Assembly: GCA_050230475.1 (NCBI GenBank)
Contig: JBFLGF010000009.1
Span: 1 to 64,000, forward strand
Source of the DNA: Ancylonema sp.
Lineage: Eukaryota
Length of the DNA: 64,000 nt
Reading direction: 5' to 3'
The notes beneath the pieces are model-generated. The model saw only the letters and a list, made by a program, of their open reading frames with translations. It made no database searches and had not been told where the DNA came from. Within the stretch, counting starts at the first letter, position 1. Each line of letters opens with the position of its first letter. Of this stretch, positions 51,501 through 64,000 are shown one piece after another. The position numbers were made by a program, and so were the translations under genes.

Positions 51501-54500
51501 TCTGCTTTGGTATATGCAATGAACAAGATGTTCATATACTTGTATTTAGCTTTATTCATAGATAATAAATCGTCCTAGAAAGGATGATTTATGTGTGAAT
51601 ATTTTCGTGGATCGTGGATTGTGGATTATGGATCGTGGATCGTGGATCCTAGATCGTGGATCCTGGATCGTGGATCCTGGATCGTGGATCGTGGATCGTG
51701 GATCGTGGATCGCGGATCGTGGATCGCTTTTGCATGAGTTGGAAACAGTAATCTTCTAAACGATCAAGACAAAAAAATATAGATATCTCTTGTGCTTCAA
51801 TATTGACACAATAAAAAAACACTTTGAGAATGTTGATTGCCTGATGCTGATGCAATGTGCCTAAAATTCCGATAGCCTTACCTGTGTAATGATCATTTTA
51901 GGGAAATCTTGGTCAATACATATAAGAGTTGTGCAAACCTTCTACCTTCCACTGACAATTGTGTTGTGTCGGTCCATATATGATCGTGTGCATATATGGT
52001 AGTTGTGCCGCCGGTTGCAATCAAGAACCGGTGTAGGCAGTAGTGTGGCGCCAGTTGTTTTGCGATATAGCGGGTGTGCTAATGTCGTAGGGAATCACGT
52101 GAATCCGGGCGGATCCGTAGGCGGCGATGCATAATGTCGCGCGCGCGCACCTCGCAGTAATGTACAGTTGATGTACAATACGGGCAATAGTCATGGTTGC
52201 GCGAGTCCGCAACATGTAGTTGTATTTGTCATGAGCATGCATAATACATGGACGAGAAGTATTGGTGGGATTGCTAGAGGACAAGTTGGTGTGCCAACAC
52301 ATTTGGCCTTAGCTGCAGCGCAAGACCTTACATTACCCTTTTGTAACACCATAACCCTTATTGTTTCACAGAGTGCCCCCGTGGTGTTCATTGCTTTCCT
52401 TGCATTCACTGTTCATTGTTATCACGTCGCAGGCATCTTGGTTAATACTTGCAATTCATCTCTAACTGCAATAATTACGAGCTGCAAAGAGGCTGATTTG
52501 TCAGTCAATACTATTTACAGAATATCTCAAAACATTCGCATACATTAGAATTCCGAGCAGAGCACAAAACCCTGGCGACACCTTGCCTTGGTTAAATAAA
52601 GTCAGAAGTATTTTGCACATGGTGTAAGAGATATGTACGAGTTGTGCGCTTTCACTCAATGGTGGAGATGATGGGGAGGGATGCATTTCGTTCTACACAT
52701 GGATGGGTATGCATGTGTAAAGAGCATTAGACCAAACATACGATTTAGCACGTGTGGGGTGGCGTTCGTTAGTAGGTGTGGTCACACGTGTGAGGAGACA
52801 CGTGTCGATATGTTCGTAAATGCAGTAGTTTACACGTGTGGGAGTAAACGATTCTAGATGTCACGACAGTTGCGATGTTGTGTTTGTGGCTATGTTTAGC
52901 ATTGAATGCGGTTTATGATATCCGCTCAAAATCAAAATCAAAATCATTACGCCAAAAGAGCTTCTTGAGTATACAATGATAGCATAAGGATATACACACC
53001 AAAGTACGTCATGTAAGGTGAAAGTAAGAATTGATTTTTGCAATGATTTTTTATCATGTTCAAATCAGCTATTTGGCACCTCTCACAAGTCAAAATGCCC
53101 GAGACCGTGTTGTTTGCCTCAATGTAGGGCAGTGAACCAATGGAGTCTTGGCAGATTTGATTGACCCTGAGCACATCATAATATTCACTTTATTCATATT
53201 TAAGGAATCTTATACTATCTTGTATTGCACATGGGCAAAGTCAGAATTTTGTTCATAGACGAGAATAAATTTGCGTCGTCAGCGGACAATGATGGTCATG
53301 AGACACAAAAGACAAGGCTTCATTCCCAAGAAGTCATTGCTCGTTTATCTTTGGTTGAAAGTGTGAGATGCCATGCTGGCGTACAACTCTTACTCAATGC
53401 ACAACTCAAAACACAGCACAAAATATGCTTAACTCATTCGCATTCTCATAAACACTTCAGCGAAAAAACCCATTTGACAAAATCTTCTTTCAAGAAGTAG
53501 TAAAAACAACACCGTCGAAGAAATCGTACCTATACCCATTGTGTGAGAGAATCTCGGGTCATTTGCCAAAATTCAGACCTTGTCTCGTCTACAAGTCTAA
53601 ATTAGACTCAAATTACTATTGACCCTAGATTCACCGAATGAATAATCTACCTCGTCAAATATCGATATATTATGATTGAGTCAGCGCGCGCCAAGCACGA
53701 CACGCCGCCACTGACACATTTAACTGACACACGTTGACACAAATACTGATACAATTATTCAAGCTAAATACGAAACAAAAAGACACGTGTCACTAAAACA
53801 AAATGATTCTAACAAACGTCACTTCATGTCATAGACGCGGAAAACCAAAACAAAACGACACAATAACAAACCCGTCAAATCGGCGGGCGGCAACTTTGGC
53901 CAACCTAATTAAACCTTCATTAATATACAACAATGTTGCTGAATCTCCCACAGAAAGCCCTCTACGGTTCTCCACATAGAAGCAAGGGCGTATGGTAAAG
54001 AGTGGTGCGGCGCAAATAACCAGATGAATGGCGCAACGAACAGGACTGTCGTTCAGGAACGACAGTCGGCTTAACGGTCATCGTTATACGAAGAGCCCGC
54101 GATTATATAGCGGATACCGATCTCTTTCCTCCCGCCAATCCTTGATATCGGTTGAAATACAAAACGCTGAGCACAAAACGTTGCCTGTATCGCATACTTC
54201 CGCTGGAGTCCTGAAAGCACTTTCCTCTCTGCCATACACTTTTCATCAGGTGTCTCTTCAGTCGACTCCAAGTGTGACACCTGGTTTCGTTGGGAGAAAT
54301 ATTCCGATCTCCTCTCCGGTTTTTGTGCACGCTCTGTTAATGTCACCGATGAGGAGGAAGAAAACAATGAGAAGGGATGAAATGATGTAATTACGATTCA
54401 GACCTACCCATAGCTCCGGGAAAAATAGCATGACTGGAAGTAAAGCATGCATTCACGATATCGTGGCACATACAATCAACACCGCACCGAGTACCACAGT

Positions 54501-54673
54501 GCTTTCCCAAAAGTTTGGCAAAAAAATCCTTTGGAGTCCACAATCATGACGACCACTTGTCGCTGCTTACTGCTGCTCAATGCGCCTAGCCTTAGACAAG
54601 ATAACGATACAGAACTGAGATGGAGTTCGGGTGTTAATTTTTTGTAAAGCCATTCATTCCTGGACCTCTCACA

Positions 54674-57600
54674 ATGGCCACCAGAAGTCAAACCTTGAAG
54701 ATCCCGACCAAACTGAGTCCAATTGAGAGCCCAGCCCGGTCTCTCAAAACTCCTGTCCCGGCTCACAAAAGTCCCAGGCCACTGCGGAGCCCCGTGCTGA
54801 ATCTTAACCAGCCAGTCAAGTCTCTGACACTGAGTCAGCATATGGGCAGTATTTTGGGCACCCTGCATCTTTTTATTGGGGTACGTGTTCTTCATTTCGT
54901 CAATTCTTCTTCGTGCAGCATTTTTTCTGACAATAGTCTGCAATATTCGATAACTTCTCTCAGAATTTTCTGATTTTTCGGACTCTGATTTCTCCTGCCA
55001 TAGCTTTTCCTTTTCACGGTAACTGTCATCGCTGCATGCACCGACACGACAGCCTCCTCTGGTTCCCTCTGCTGCCTGCAGAGCTTGTCGTCTACCGATA
55101 AAGGTGTACGCCGCATGCCTCCAGCCCTCAAGGCCCTCATCACCCTTGCCCTAGCCGCTCTTTGCATGTTTATTTACATCCCAAAGCTTCGAACAGAAAA
55201 CATGGCATGGTACTCCGTCTTCTCTTCTCTCCTCCCCCGACCGCCCTGCCCACCCCTCCCCGAGACGAAATACCCTGACCCTGCCTCAGTGTCTCACCAG
55301 TATCCACAGCCACACAACTTTCGCAGGTAAGGCAGCTGGCTCTTTCAAGCAACCCTTATTTCCTTTTTGAAAAACATTGCCGATCGCCAGCTGGCATTTT
55401 TACGCAACTTTGTCGCGTGTGTGGACAGAAAGCGCGGCCCAAAACATTCAACATTCAAACATTCGCATCCGAATGCCCTCCCCCTTAGACCTGCCCCGCC
55501 AGCTGGCAGATTCCTGATAAGAAATCCGACATTTGGGGGGGGGGTTCCCAGAGGCCGCTGTCGCTGTGTGGGGGTCCACAAATTCGTGATCCTCTCCATG
55601 CAGCGGTCGGGAAGCGGGTGGTTTGAGACGCTTCTCAACAACCACTCCGCCATTTCCTCCAATGGGGAGATCTTCAGCGGGGGCAAAGGGGCACAGCGGA
55701 GGGTCGACTTTGCCACTATGAAGTCTCATCTCGACACCGTCTTCAATCTCGACTGGAAGAGCAGCGCTGCCAAGGACACCTGTACAGAGGCCGTGGGTTT
55801 CAAGTGGATGCTGAATCAGGTGCAGGGAAAGGGGGGGGGAGTAAGGATTCGATTTACGAGTAAGAAATCGAGTCACGAGAGGGAGGCAGCAGGGGCAAGA
55901 ATTCGTCATGAATCTATTTGTTTTGCACGGAAAAGGACCTGTTTTCGCAAAATCCGGGTACCAGATGCAGGCATGTGCGGAGCAGAAAGGAGACTAGGTA
56001 CAAGATTCATCCCCCCGAGCCCCGCCAGCTGGCAGATTCCTGATAAGAAATCCGACATTTGGGGGCGGGGTTCCCAGAGGCCGCTGTCGCTGTGTGGGGG
56101 TCCACAAATTCGTGATCCTCTCCATGCAGCGGTCGGGAAGCGGGTGGTTTGAGACGCTTCTCAACAACCACTCCGCCATTTCCTCCAATGGGGAGATCTT
56201 CAGCGGGGGCAAAGGGGCACAGCGGAGGGTCGACTTTGCCACTATGAAGTCTCATCTCGACACCGTCTTCAATCTCGACTGGAAGAGCAGCGCTGCCAAG
56301 GACACCTGTACAGAGGCCGTGGGTTTCAAGTGGATGCTGAATCAGGTGCAGGGAAAGGGGGGGGGAGTAAGGATTCGATTTACGAGTAAGAAATCGAGTC
56401 ACGAGAGGGAGGCAGCAGGGGCAAGAATTCGTCATGAATCTATTTGTTTTGCACGGAAAAGGACCTGTTTTCGCAAAATCCGGGTACCAGATGCAGGCAT
56501 GTGCGGAGCAGAAAGGAGACTAGGTACAAGATTCATCCCCCCGATTCTATTTGGGTTCAGGGTCCACTGCACTACAGCAGCGACGTGGCACAGTACATGG
56601 TGGAGCGCCAGGTGTCCGTCATCCTGCTCCTTCGCCGCAACTTATTGAAGCGCCTCGTCTCCATCAAAGCCAACGCACATGACAAGCGCTCCCCTCGGAT
56701 CGGACGCCACAAGTCGCACGTGCATGGCCTGGATGAGGTGAGGGGGGAAGGGGGGGGAGGGAGGTGGGTCTGAGACGGGGGCAGGGAGGGGAGACTTGAG
56801 AATATGAACAATCACGAGCTGAGGAGACACATTCATTATTCGGTTGAAAAAATGGTTGAAAAGGGTTGGGTGAAGGGATGACAGATGGGTTGGCAAGGGT
56901 CAGCAAGCTTAGGTCTGAAAAGGAGGAAGTGAAGTGGGACGCTCTGCACTCGTTTGGCAGACTGTGTGGGAATAGGGTAGGAGGGTTCCTGAATTTTCAA
57001 TTTCCGACTGGTGTCGGTGTGGTTGGAGAGGGACTGGCGTGGGGCCCACATGGGGCGCTGGGGTGAGGGAAAGGGCGGCGGGACTTCTTAGGGAGCCCCC
57101 CTTGTAATATAAGATCAAATCAAGAATGGGAGGGCATAAGGAGGGAGTGAGGGGAGAAGAATGGGAGGGGGTTAGTGTCCAGAGGGCGGGGCAGTGATTG
57201 GAGTAGGTAAGCCGAGGGTGAAAGCAGATGGGAAGGGAAGCAGATGGGTGATGCGTGCCTCTGTGTTCTGCAGTCAATTGATTGGTACGGGGGCCATCTG
57301 CAAGAAACAGAGCAGAGGACTGGGGTGGCAGGATGTGAAATGACAGATGAGACAGAACCTGAGACTTTCGTCTGAACCCTGAACCCTGAACCCTGAACCC
57401 TGAACCCTGAACCCTGAACCCTGAACCCTGAACCCTGAACCCTGAACCCTGAACCCTGAACCCTGAACCCTGGACCCTGGACCTACCGTTCATATCCAGT
57501 ACCAGTCACAGGACTGATGGAATCTGGAAGATCCACGAAACATTGGCAGATATGGCTGAAAAGGCAGAAGTGGCAGAAATGACAGAGAAGGCAGGGAGCA

Positions 57601-58182
57601 TAACGTGTACGTGGTGTGGGGGAGGTGTGGCAGGCTGAGAAGTTGGCAGAGTACCGCCCCACCTTGAAGGTGGGCAGTCTGGTGAGGGAGCTGGAGGGGG
57701 TGCATGAGATGGGTGTGGAGGCGCTGCGAGTCTTCAATGAGACGAGACTCTCTCTACAGTACTACGAAGATGTGGTGAACAACCCACAGGTGGGGGGAGG
57801 GGGGGATGGGGGGGTGGGGTGGGGTGGGGGTTCGTGTATTCGATTGAGATTTTCTCGAGGGTACTTGGGGAAGGTAGGCACCTATGTTTTGACACGTGTG
57901 GTTTATGAGTCACGAGGCAGGGACGTGCATGCGTTGCTCATCAATTTGTCTTGGTTTCGCCAAAAAATAATTATTGGGGGGTTGGGGTGGAGGTGGCAGC
58001 TTCTGGAGGAGGTGCAGCGGTTTTTGGGGGTGGAGGTTCGAGCGCTGCATAGTCAGCAAGTGAAGATCCATACCAAGAGCTTGAAGCAACAGGTGGGCAA
58101 CTGGGAGGAGGTATTTCGAACCCTCAACGGCACCCAATTCCAAGACTTTGTGACCGAAGACGCCCAAGTCCCCGAGACATGA
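54674..58182 (+). CDS. NodH-like / plant P-loop sulfotransferase-family type II membrane protein. Exons 54674-54880, 55082-55326, 55489-55819, 56561-56737, 57634-57789, 58000-58182
   Basis: TM anchor ALKALITLALAALCMFIYI, PAPS-binding-like FVILSMQRSGSGWFETLLN, AVGFKWMLNQ, LRRNLLKRLVS, YYEDVV and QVKIHT..VGNWEEV..LNGTQF. Confidence 0.88.
55493..56544. repeat. 526-bp tandem duplication of sulfotransferase exon 3 plus intron
   Basis: Repeated ORF text offset by 526, with one G/C difference in the G-run. Confidence 0.95.
57373..57484. repeat. (TGAACCC)14 telomere-like (TTCAGGG) intronic array
   Basis: Directly visible and ends in TGGACCC variants. Confidence 0.95.
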
Positions 58183-59010
58183 CGCCCCGTGATGCGTGAA
58201 GATACGTCAACAGAGCAAGTAACTCCTCAGATTGTGCTTTTTCTTTCTACAAGCACATCCGTGGCGGGCGGGGTTGTGTGGGCATTTGATGTTATAGAAA
58301 GGAGTGTGAAGAAACGTGGGAATATGATCCATTTGGGCAATATGGGTATTGTACATATGGCATCCACATGTCTATTAGGTGCTAAACGTAGCAAAGTTTC
58401 TTGGGGTGAGTTTATTCAATTTCGCCCACCTCCCAAGACGGTTCCGTTCTTCCAACGGGATCTTCTTGTGAGGTGGTGGGTCAAGAGGAAAGGCACAAAT
58501 CATTTCCAGATTTTGTTGAATGATCGCGACTTTGTTAGTATTTGCTCTATGTCTTAAACGCCCCGCAACTTTATGTGTCTACATGGCAAGAGCCGGCTAC
58601 TGTGGCACGCATTCGACTCCCTTTTTTGCGCTTTGTCTCGAGGAGGTGGTGGCATTGAATTGCGCGATTTTGGAGTTGTCAGATGTTGATTGTTGAAGAG
58701 CAAAAGACAGGATTGCGAGGAATATCATTCAAAAGGAGTTGTTGACAAGTCATCAACACTCTCGCACAATTTGGTAAATATAAAAAGGTTAGAATTTCTG
58801 AACATTTTTTAGAATTGGAACCTCCTCATCGCACACATTGCACCTAACACAAACTCGAGGAAACTACTATGTTTAAAATTTGGGTGAATGTACTTCACTA
58901 AACTTGTGTGCATTGTTAAATGCTGCCACGTCGGACAAGAAAGCACAATTATATAATATACCTTTGCCGCAACATCACTTTCCTTTTGCAACCGGTCCAT
59001 CACGTTTCGT

Positions 59011-59117
59011 GTGTGTGAGCCCACCCACAAATGGGAATGTATCTATATTACAAAGCATAACGTTTCATCTGTGTGAGCCCACCCACAAATGGGAATGTAT
59101 CTATATTACAAAGCATA
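59011..59117. repeat. Two-copy direct repeat (~48 bp, period ~58)
   Basis: TGTGTGAGCCCACCCACAAATGGGAATGTATCTATATTACAAAGCATA occurs twice. Confidence 0.9.
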
Positions 59118-59395
59118 GATATGCTTTGTAGGCGACTTGAGTGATATTCCACACATGATGACATTCTGGCGGACTTCACACAAGATGCAGCTTGTTTTCG
59201 TTATTTACATACATACGAGTCACTAGGTAGGCACTCGAGTAGGAGATTGAGATATTCATATATATAGATACTTCAGACATATAACATGATATAGGCATGT
59301 CACATTCCATTTGGTCCGATATATTGTCACATTGCATTTTGACGGTCCAGACACAACTATCAATCAATGAGGACTCTCATATTTAAAATTGCAAA

Positions 59396-62300
59396 TCATC
59401 TCAACTTTCTTATTGGCACGGATCCACCAAACAACTTCTCAATCTCTTGTGCCTCCATTGCTATTGAGTTCATGAACTCCTGCTCCTCCACCCCAAGCTC
59501 TTGGAGAAAACGGTCCTCATCCCTTTCCAACTCTTGGATCCCCCTCCCTAGACCACGAAACAAGCTGAATTCTTTTTTGCCGATTTCCTCCACTTCTCTT
59601 TCAAATTCTTGCACTTCCGCGACCAGTGCTTGCTCACCCTGCATCCACATAGTCAACACAACAATTCACTACTACATTCACATAAGAAAAAAAATGGTCT
59701 CATACAACAAAATCTACCCAATGATCAATACAGTAGGAGTACATGATATCATTTTCATCAGCCAACAACCACAATCTGAAACCTGCCAAATCATAGCTAT
59801 ACACACTAGACATTCACACACAAAAGTGATCCCTACTCCACCATCCATCATTCATTCAAAACCATAGAGTGTGCACGACACGACCTTCCACGCAGCAAAC
59901 CCTCCCAACCACGCCTTCAAACACAACGCAATGCATGCATCTATCTTCTCAAATTTGATGCTCAATCGCTACCCAATCCACGTCGCACCATAATACAACC
60001 GAGTGCTCGATGCTCGATTGCATATTCTTGTGCTAGTCCCATAAGGCATGCGCTTGTCATGCGTCGGGTATCAAGAGGCAGGCATACAACCCCTCATGAT
60101 TCCAAGTTTAATGATTTCCATCCTCAACTGCTTCCAACCTTCTTTCACTAACCACATCACCCGCTTCGTTTTCTACATTACTACATTCCCAAACTACATG
60201 CATGGGAAAGGATATGTGCAGATGTGCATTCCTATGTGTGTATGAACACGATCAGATGCAAATATTTCCATGCACACAGAATTGTACACATGCATGCACT
60301 TCATATGCATGTCATTCGCGTGTACATATAATTACGCTAACACATCCAAAGTAATACACAAGCGTACAGTTTTACCACCATCTCATACGGCAACACCTCA
60401 TTCATCATACATGGGTAACAAAGTTGACATAAACAAGGTCTCACATACTCACGCACTTGCATACAGTATTATACATGCTTATACATGCATACACATTTGT
60501 GTTTGTGTACCTTCTTACACATCATCACTCATACATACACATCATCACTCATACTTATCATATATTGTCTCCCTCTTTTCTCCTCCCACATTTGCCCTTC
60601 ACGAACACCACCCTCCCCACTCCTCCCACCCCCCACCCAACCCCTCCATCACCTTGAGCAAGTCGTCCTCCACTTTCTTTTCCAGCCTCGCAAAAAAAGG
60701 CAGCTCCGGCCCGCAGGAGTTGTCGGTGACCGTGAACTTGGAGTAATCGAGCCCCGCTTTTCTGCACGCCTCCTTGAGCTGCGGGATGATGGAATCCGGG
60801 AGCGTCCTGCTGCGAGTGTACACCACCGCTCCCCCATACCCATCCCAAGCGTCGTTTCTTCCCTTGTAGTAAACGAAAATGAAGTCGTCCTCTTTAAACT
60901 CCTCCTTGGCAGCCAGAATGTACCTGACAGGTGAATGACGCAAAATAATAATAATGACACTAGATCTACACGAATTCATCCCCCTTTCTTTCTTTTCGCT
61001 CAGTAGGTGGCAAAATTAAAATCATTTTGACCGCCCTTGTGCCGTACTGACGCTGCCATGCCACCCATCCCGCGTTTCCCTTATAACGAATCGCATGCCC
61101 TTACAGCCGACTCCTTCCAACCACCTATAGTAATATCACTCAGTGCACCGCGCATAGCATACAGTATGTCTGCCTTCCCTCATCCCTCCCCTCCCCTCCC
61201 CACCCCACCCCACCCCACCCCTCCTCCCTCTCACCAGTCATCCTCATAGTGCAGGAAGTCGTTGTCGGGGTTGTAGAGCACAGCAGGCGAGGTGGGGTTT
61301 TGAACAAACCGCTGCACAGCTGATTTTGTGAAGAAGCCCCCATCGGGAGTGGGGATCCGCCATTTGAGGCTGCCCTCCATGCGGTTGTCCGTGGCCGTGA
61401 ACACGTGCTCCTGGCAGTCGAAGGTGTCGAACGTGCGGTTCAGTCCGCTGGTGATGAACCAACGCCCGGAAAACTGACGGGGGCTGAAGGTGGGGACGAG
61501 GGCGGAGCGCGGGGGGAGGGGGAAGAGGTTGGCGTCGGGGTTTTGGGGACGGCAACCGGCTTTGCTGACTGCGCAGATGTTGAAATCGTCCACCGCCGCA
61601 TTTTCGAAGAGGTCTCCGCAGCCGATCTGTTAGAAAGGGGGCGCGGGGTTGGGAGTGGGGGGTTGGGGGCAGGTTGGGGGAGGGTGGATGTTAGGGTTCT
61701 ATGCTTTGTGCAATAGAGCGCCCCCAAAGCATACAGCCTCCAATCAGGCAGCGACAGCTGGCACCAGCTGCATTGCGAATACCAGTGGCTCGAATGATCT
61801 TAGCAAGAAGCTGTTCCCCGAGTCTCTTTTCGGTTGCTGGGCTTTTTATTTGTATACCCAGAATGTGGTCTGGTCCGCAGTTCAGCGAAGACCGCAAAAA
61901 AAGTGCATGGTGTGGTTGGAGGTTGGCAGGGGGTGGGGGGGGGGGGGGGGTGGGGGGCTGACCTGGCACTCGGTCTCGTCCGGACGTCCATTGCAAGTTT
62001 GCAGACAGGCGATGTTGGAAGCACACTTCACATCGCTCAAACACCTCCCGAACTCGCCTCTGTGACACTTGTCCACAGGGGCCACGTGTTGGTTCGCAGC
62101 CTTCCCACGTTGATTCTCATCACGCGAATTAAAAAAATCGGTACGCTCAAAATCTGGAGCTGGTAAATGGAAGAGCTGGTTAAGATGATTGATCGATCTT
62201 GCAGGCACACGTTCTTTCCTTTTGATTTGATTGGTCACGAGGGAGCCGGTGGGGTTTTACCTGCAGTTTTTCAAGAGGCAGCTGCACGTTTTCAGTGCAT

Positions 62301-62797
62301 CCGCCGCCTGAGCTGACGGCAGCGCAATGCTGGCGGTAAGGACTAGTGCAGCACACCCGGATAGGACCCATTTACGGAGCCAGGAATTCCGCTCCTCTTC
62401 ATTCACCTCACAAGCGGCAGCTGAGATATTTCGAGGCTCCGAGTCCTCTCTGCTTTGTTTGTCTGCTGTCTCCTGAGAACAAGCCTGCTCTTCTGGCACA
62501 TGCCTTGCTGGCAGTCGGCGATTGGCGTTGCACCGTACTCTCATTCCATTTCTGCGGTAGATTACACACGGTATCCTGAGGCCTGCCACCCACAGACATC
62601 GTGCGTCAGTGTACTGCGAATCAAGGGCGCTCACCCAATTCCATTAAATATAGTTCTCCTGCAGGGGGCTGTCACGAAATGGTGCCCCATGGCAAGGGCT
62701 CACCAGTGCAGAGTCTTGAAGGGAGCGCGGAAAGGGTGGAAGCTGAGAGGCGAGATGACACCGCACTCTGGATAATGACATCCATAGAGGACACCAT
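59396..62797 (-). CDS. VDE1: Plant-type violaxanthin de-epoxidase. Exons 62797-62704, 62582-62261, 62059-61963, 61626-61235, 60923-60653, 59638-59396
   Basis: Bipartite transit ending [18 protein letters not shown], Cys-rich [15 protein letters not shown], lipocalin [43 protein letters not shown] and a Glu-rich tail ending PIRKLR. Confidence 0.97.
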
Positions 62798-64000
62798 GGC
62801 TTATATCTACCTTTCTCGCGGTAATGTTTTGCGGTGACGCAGCGCGTCTACTGCTTCAGTCGACCTTTCACAGGCGGCAGTAGCTTGCATCGTGCCGATC
62901 GGTCATCGGCTTCATATGTAGATCCAGACCCCCTCCCGAGCTTTGCGCGCACTCACAAGCGCCAGTTGTTGGATGCCTGTGCCGTGCGTGAGAGTTGTGT
63001 CTAATGTTGCCAGCTCAACTTATCACCATTGCAAAGTGGCGGACACGCGTACTGACGCCGTGGCAGAAATACTGCTGGAAGGGCTACAAGAGTGTCTGAT
63101 ATTTGCGTGGGCTCGCATTACTTGACGGCAAAAAGACAGAAAACGGGCCGACGTACGGACGATGATATATTTTCTTATTTTTTGGGTTTTCAGAGGACGT
63201 GGTTCTACGGTGCGCGTGCACCGTAGATGCGTGGTGAACCTTCTACATCTATATACCGGTACTCCTGGCGAGCATTTCCCGAGCACGGCGGATCGATTCA
63301 ACTTGAACTAGGCGTACATTAGGCAATTGCTCCACGGCCGTATATAACGAAAACTTAAGTTTTCAAAGTGGTAGCGCTACCACTTTGAAATGACTCATCG
63401 AGTACGGCACGTAGTAGGCTCATCTTTGCGTTCCTCTCGCGAAAGAAATGATTATTTACCGTCCGCGCACATGTGAAATGTTTCATATCAGACGTTAAAT
63501 ACATGTTTACGTCTTGTGATCGGACAACGGGCGTGTCCGACCGGGAGGTTTGAACGAATAACGAATCGAAGTGGAGATCCTAATGTACGACTTTAATGAA
63601 AACGCAAACTTTGAAATATTAGTATACACGAAGTGGTAGCCTCTCCATCGGCACGTTAACCATTGCTAAAACGGGTTTCGACCCGAAGTGGAGCGAAACA
63701 GCCAGAGCACTAATTTTGCTCTAATATTAGCATATTCGGAGCATCCTAGTCAATTGGTTCCGGCAGCGTATCGCGGTCACACTTTGGCGTGCGCAGGCTC
63801 AAGCAATTCATGCGCATACGGCTCGTCTTGAAGCTCATCTTTGCTATTTACACTCCTAGCTCGCGTGGTTATCTCAGCTAGGGATCTCATGGCGATTGTG
63901 GGGTCTTCTTATACTTTGGTGCGTTGGTTGTTTGGGTGATAGAGATTTTTATGCTACGGTTCTAAACGCGCGTGAGTTCCCTTGGTAAAATAATTTGTTT

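Larger units (their letters stand above)
47488..54950. repeat. Large tandem duplication (47488-50906 / 50908-54950) joined at an N
   Basis: 47488-49944 is nearly identical to 50908-53358. 49945-50906 is a visibly diverged copy of ~53957-54950. The segment ~53359-53956 is unique to copy 2. Confidence 0.92.

Noticed and set aside
48187..57484. Short-period arrays as CRISPR
   Set aside because: They are contiguous 7-mers with no unique spacers, no cas genes, and a eukaryotic context.

Overview
Eukaryotic nuclear DNA from a photosynthetic green-lineage organism, most likely a streptophyte alga or early-diverging plant. The basis is GT-AG spliceosomal introns, a plant-type violaxanthin de-epoxidase, CCB3, and FIP1- and KNB36-like genes. 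The first 8 kb hold two decayed Ty1/copia LTR retrotransposons. The rest is gene-dense, and I spliced the genes by hand: CCB3/YGGT, a cysteine synthase of the fungal/bacterial (TAGNT) type, SDHAF4, an oxalate-catabolism locus, a TIR-bounded DNA element, FIP1/TMEM192-like, KNB36-like, AAED1-like thioredoxin, an unidentified low-complexity gene, biotin-protein ligase, NodH-like sulfotransferase and VDE. There are three tandem duplications, possibly partly assembly artefacts, and many intronic simple repeats. The standout is the oxalate locus. The oxalate-CoA ligase (AAE3-like) and the ThDP oxalyl-CoA decarboxylase/2-hydroxyacyl-CoA lyase appear to be one gene joined by a phase-matched intron (23307-22645). 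This predicts a ~1114-aa bifunctional enzyme for two consecutive steps of oxalate degradation. All calls come from motif recognition and no searches were run.
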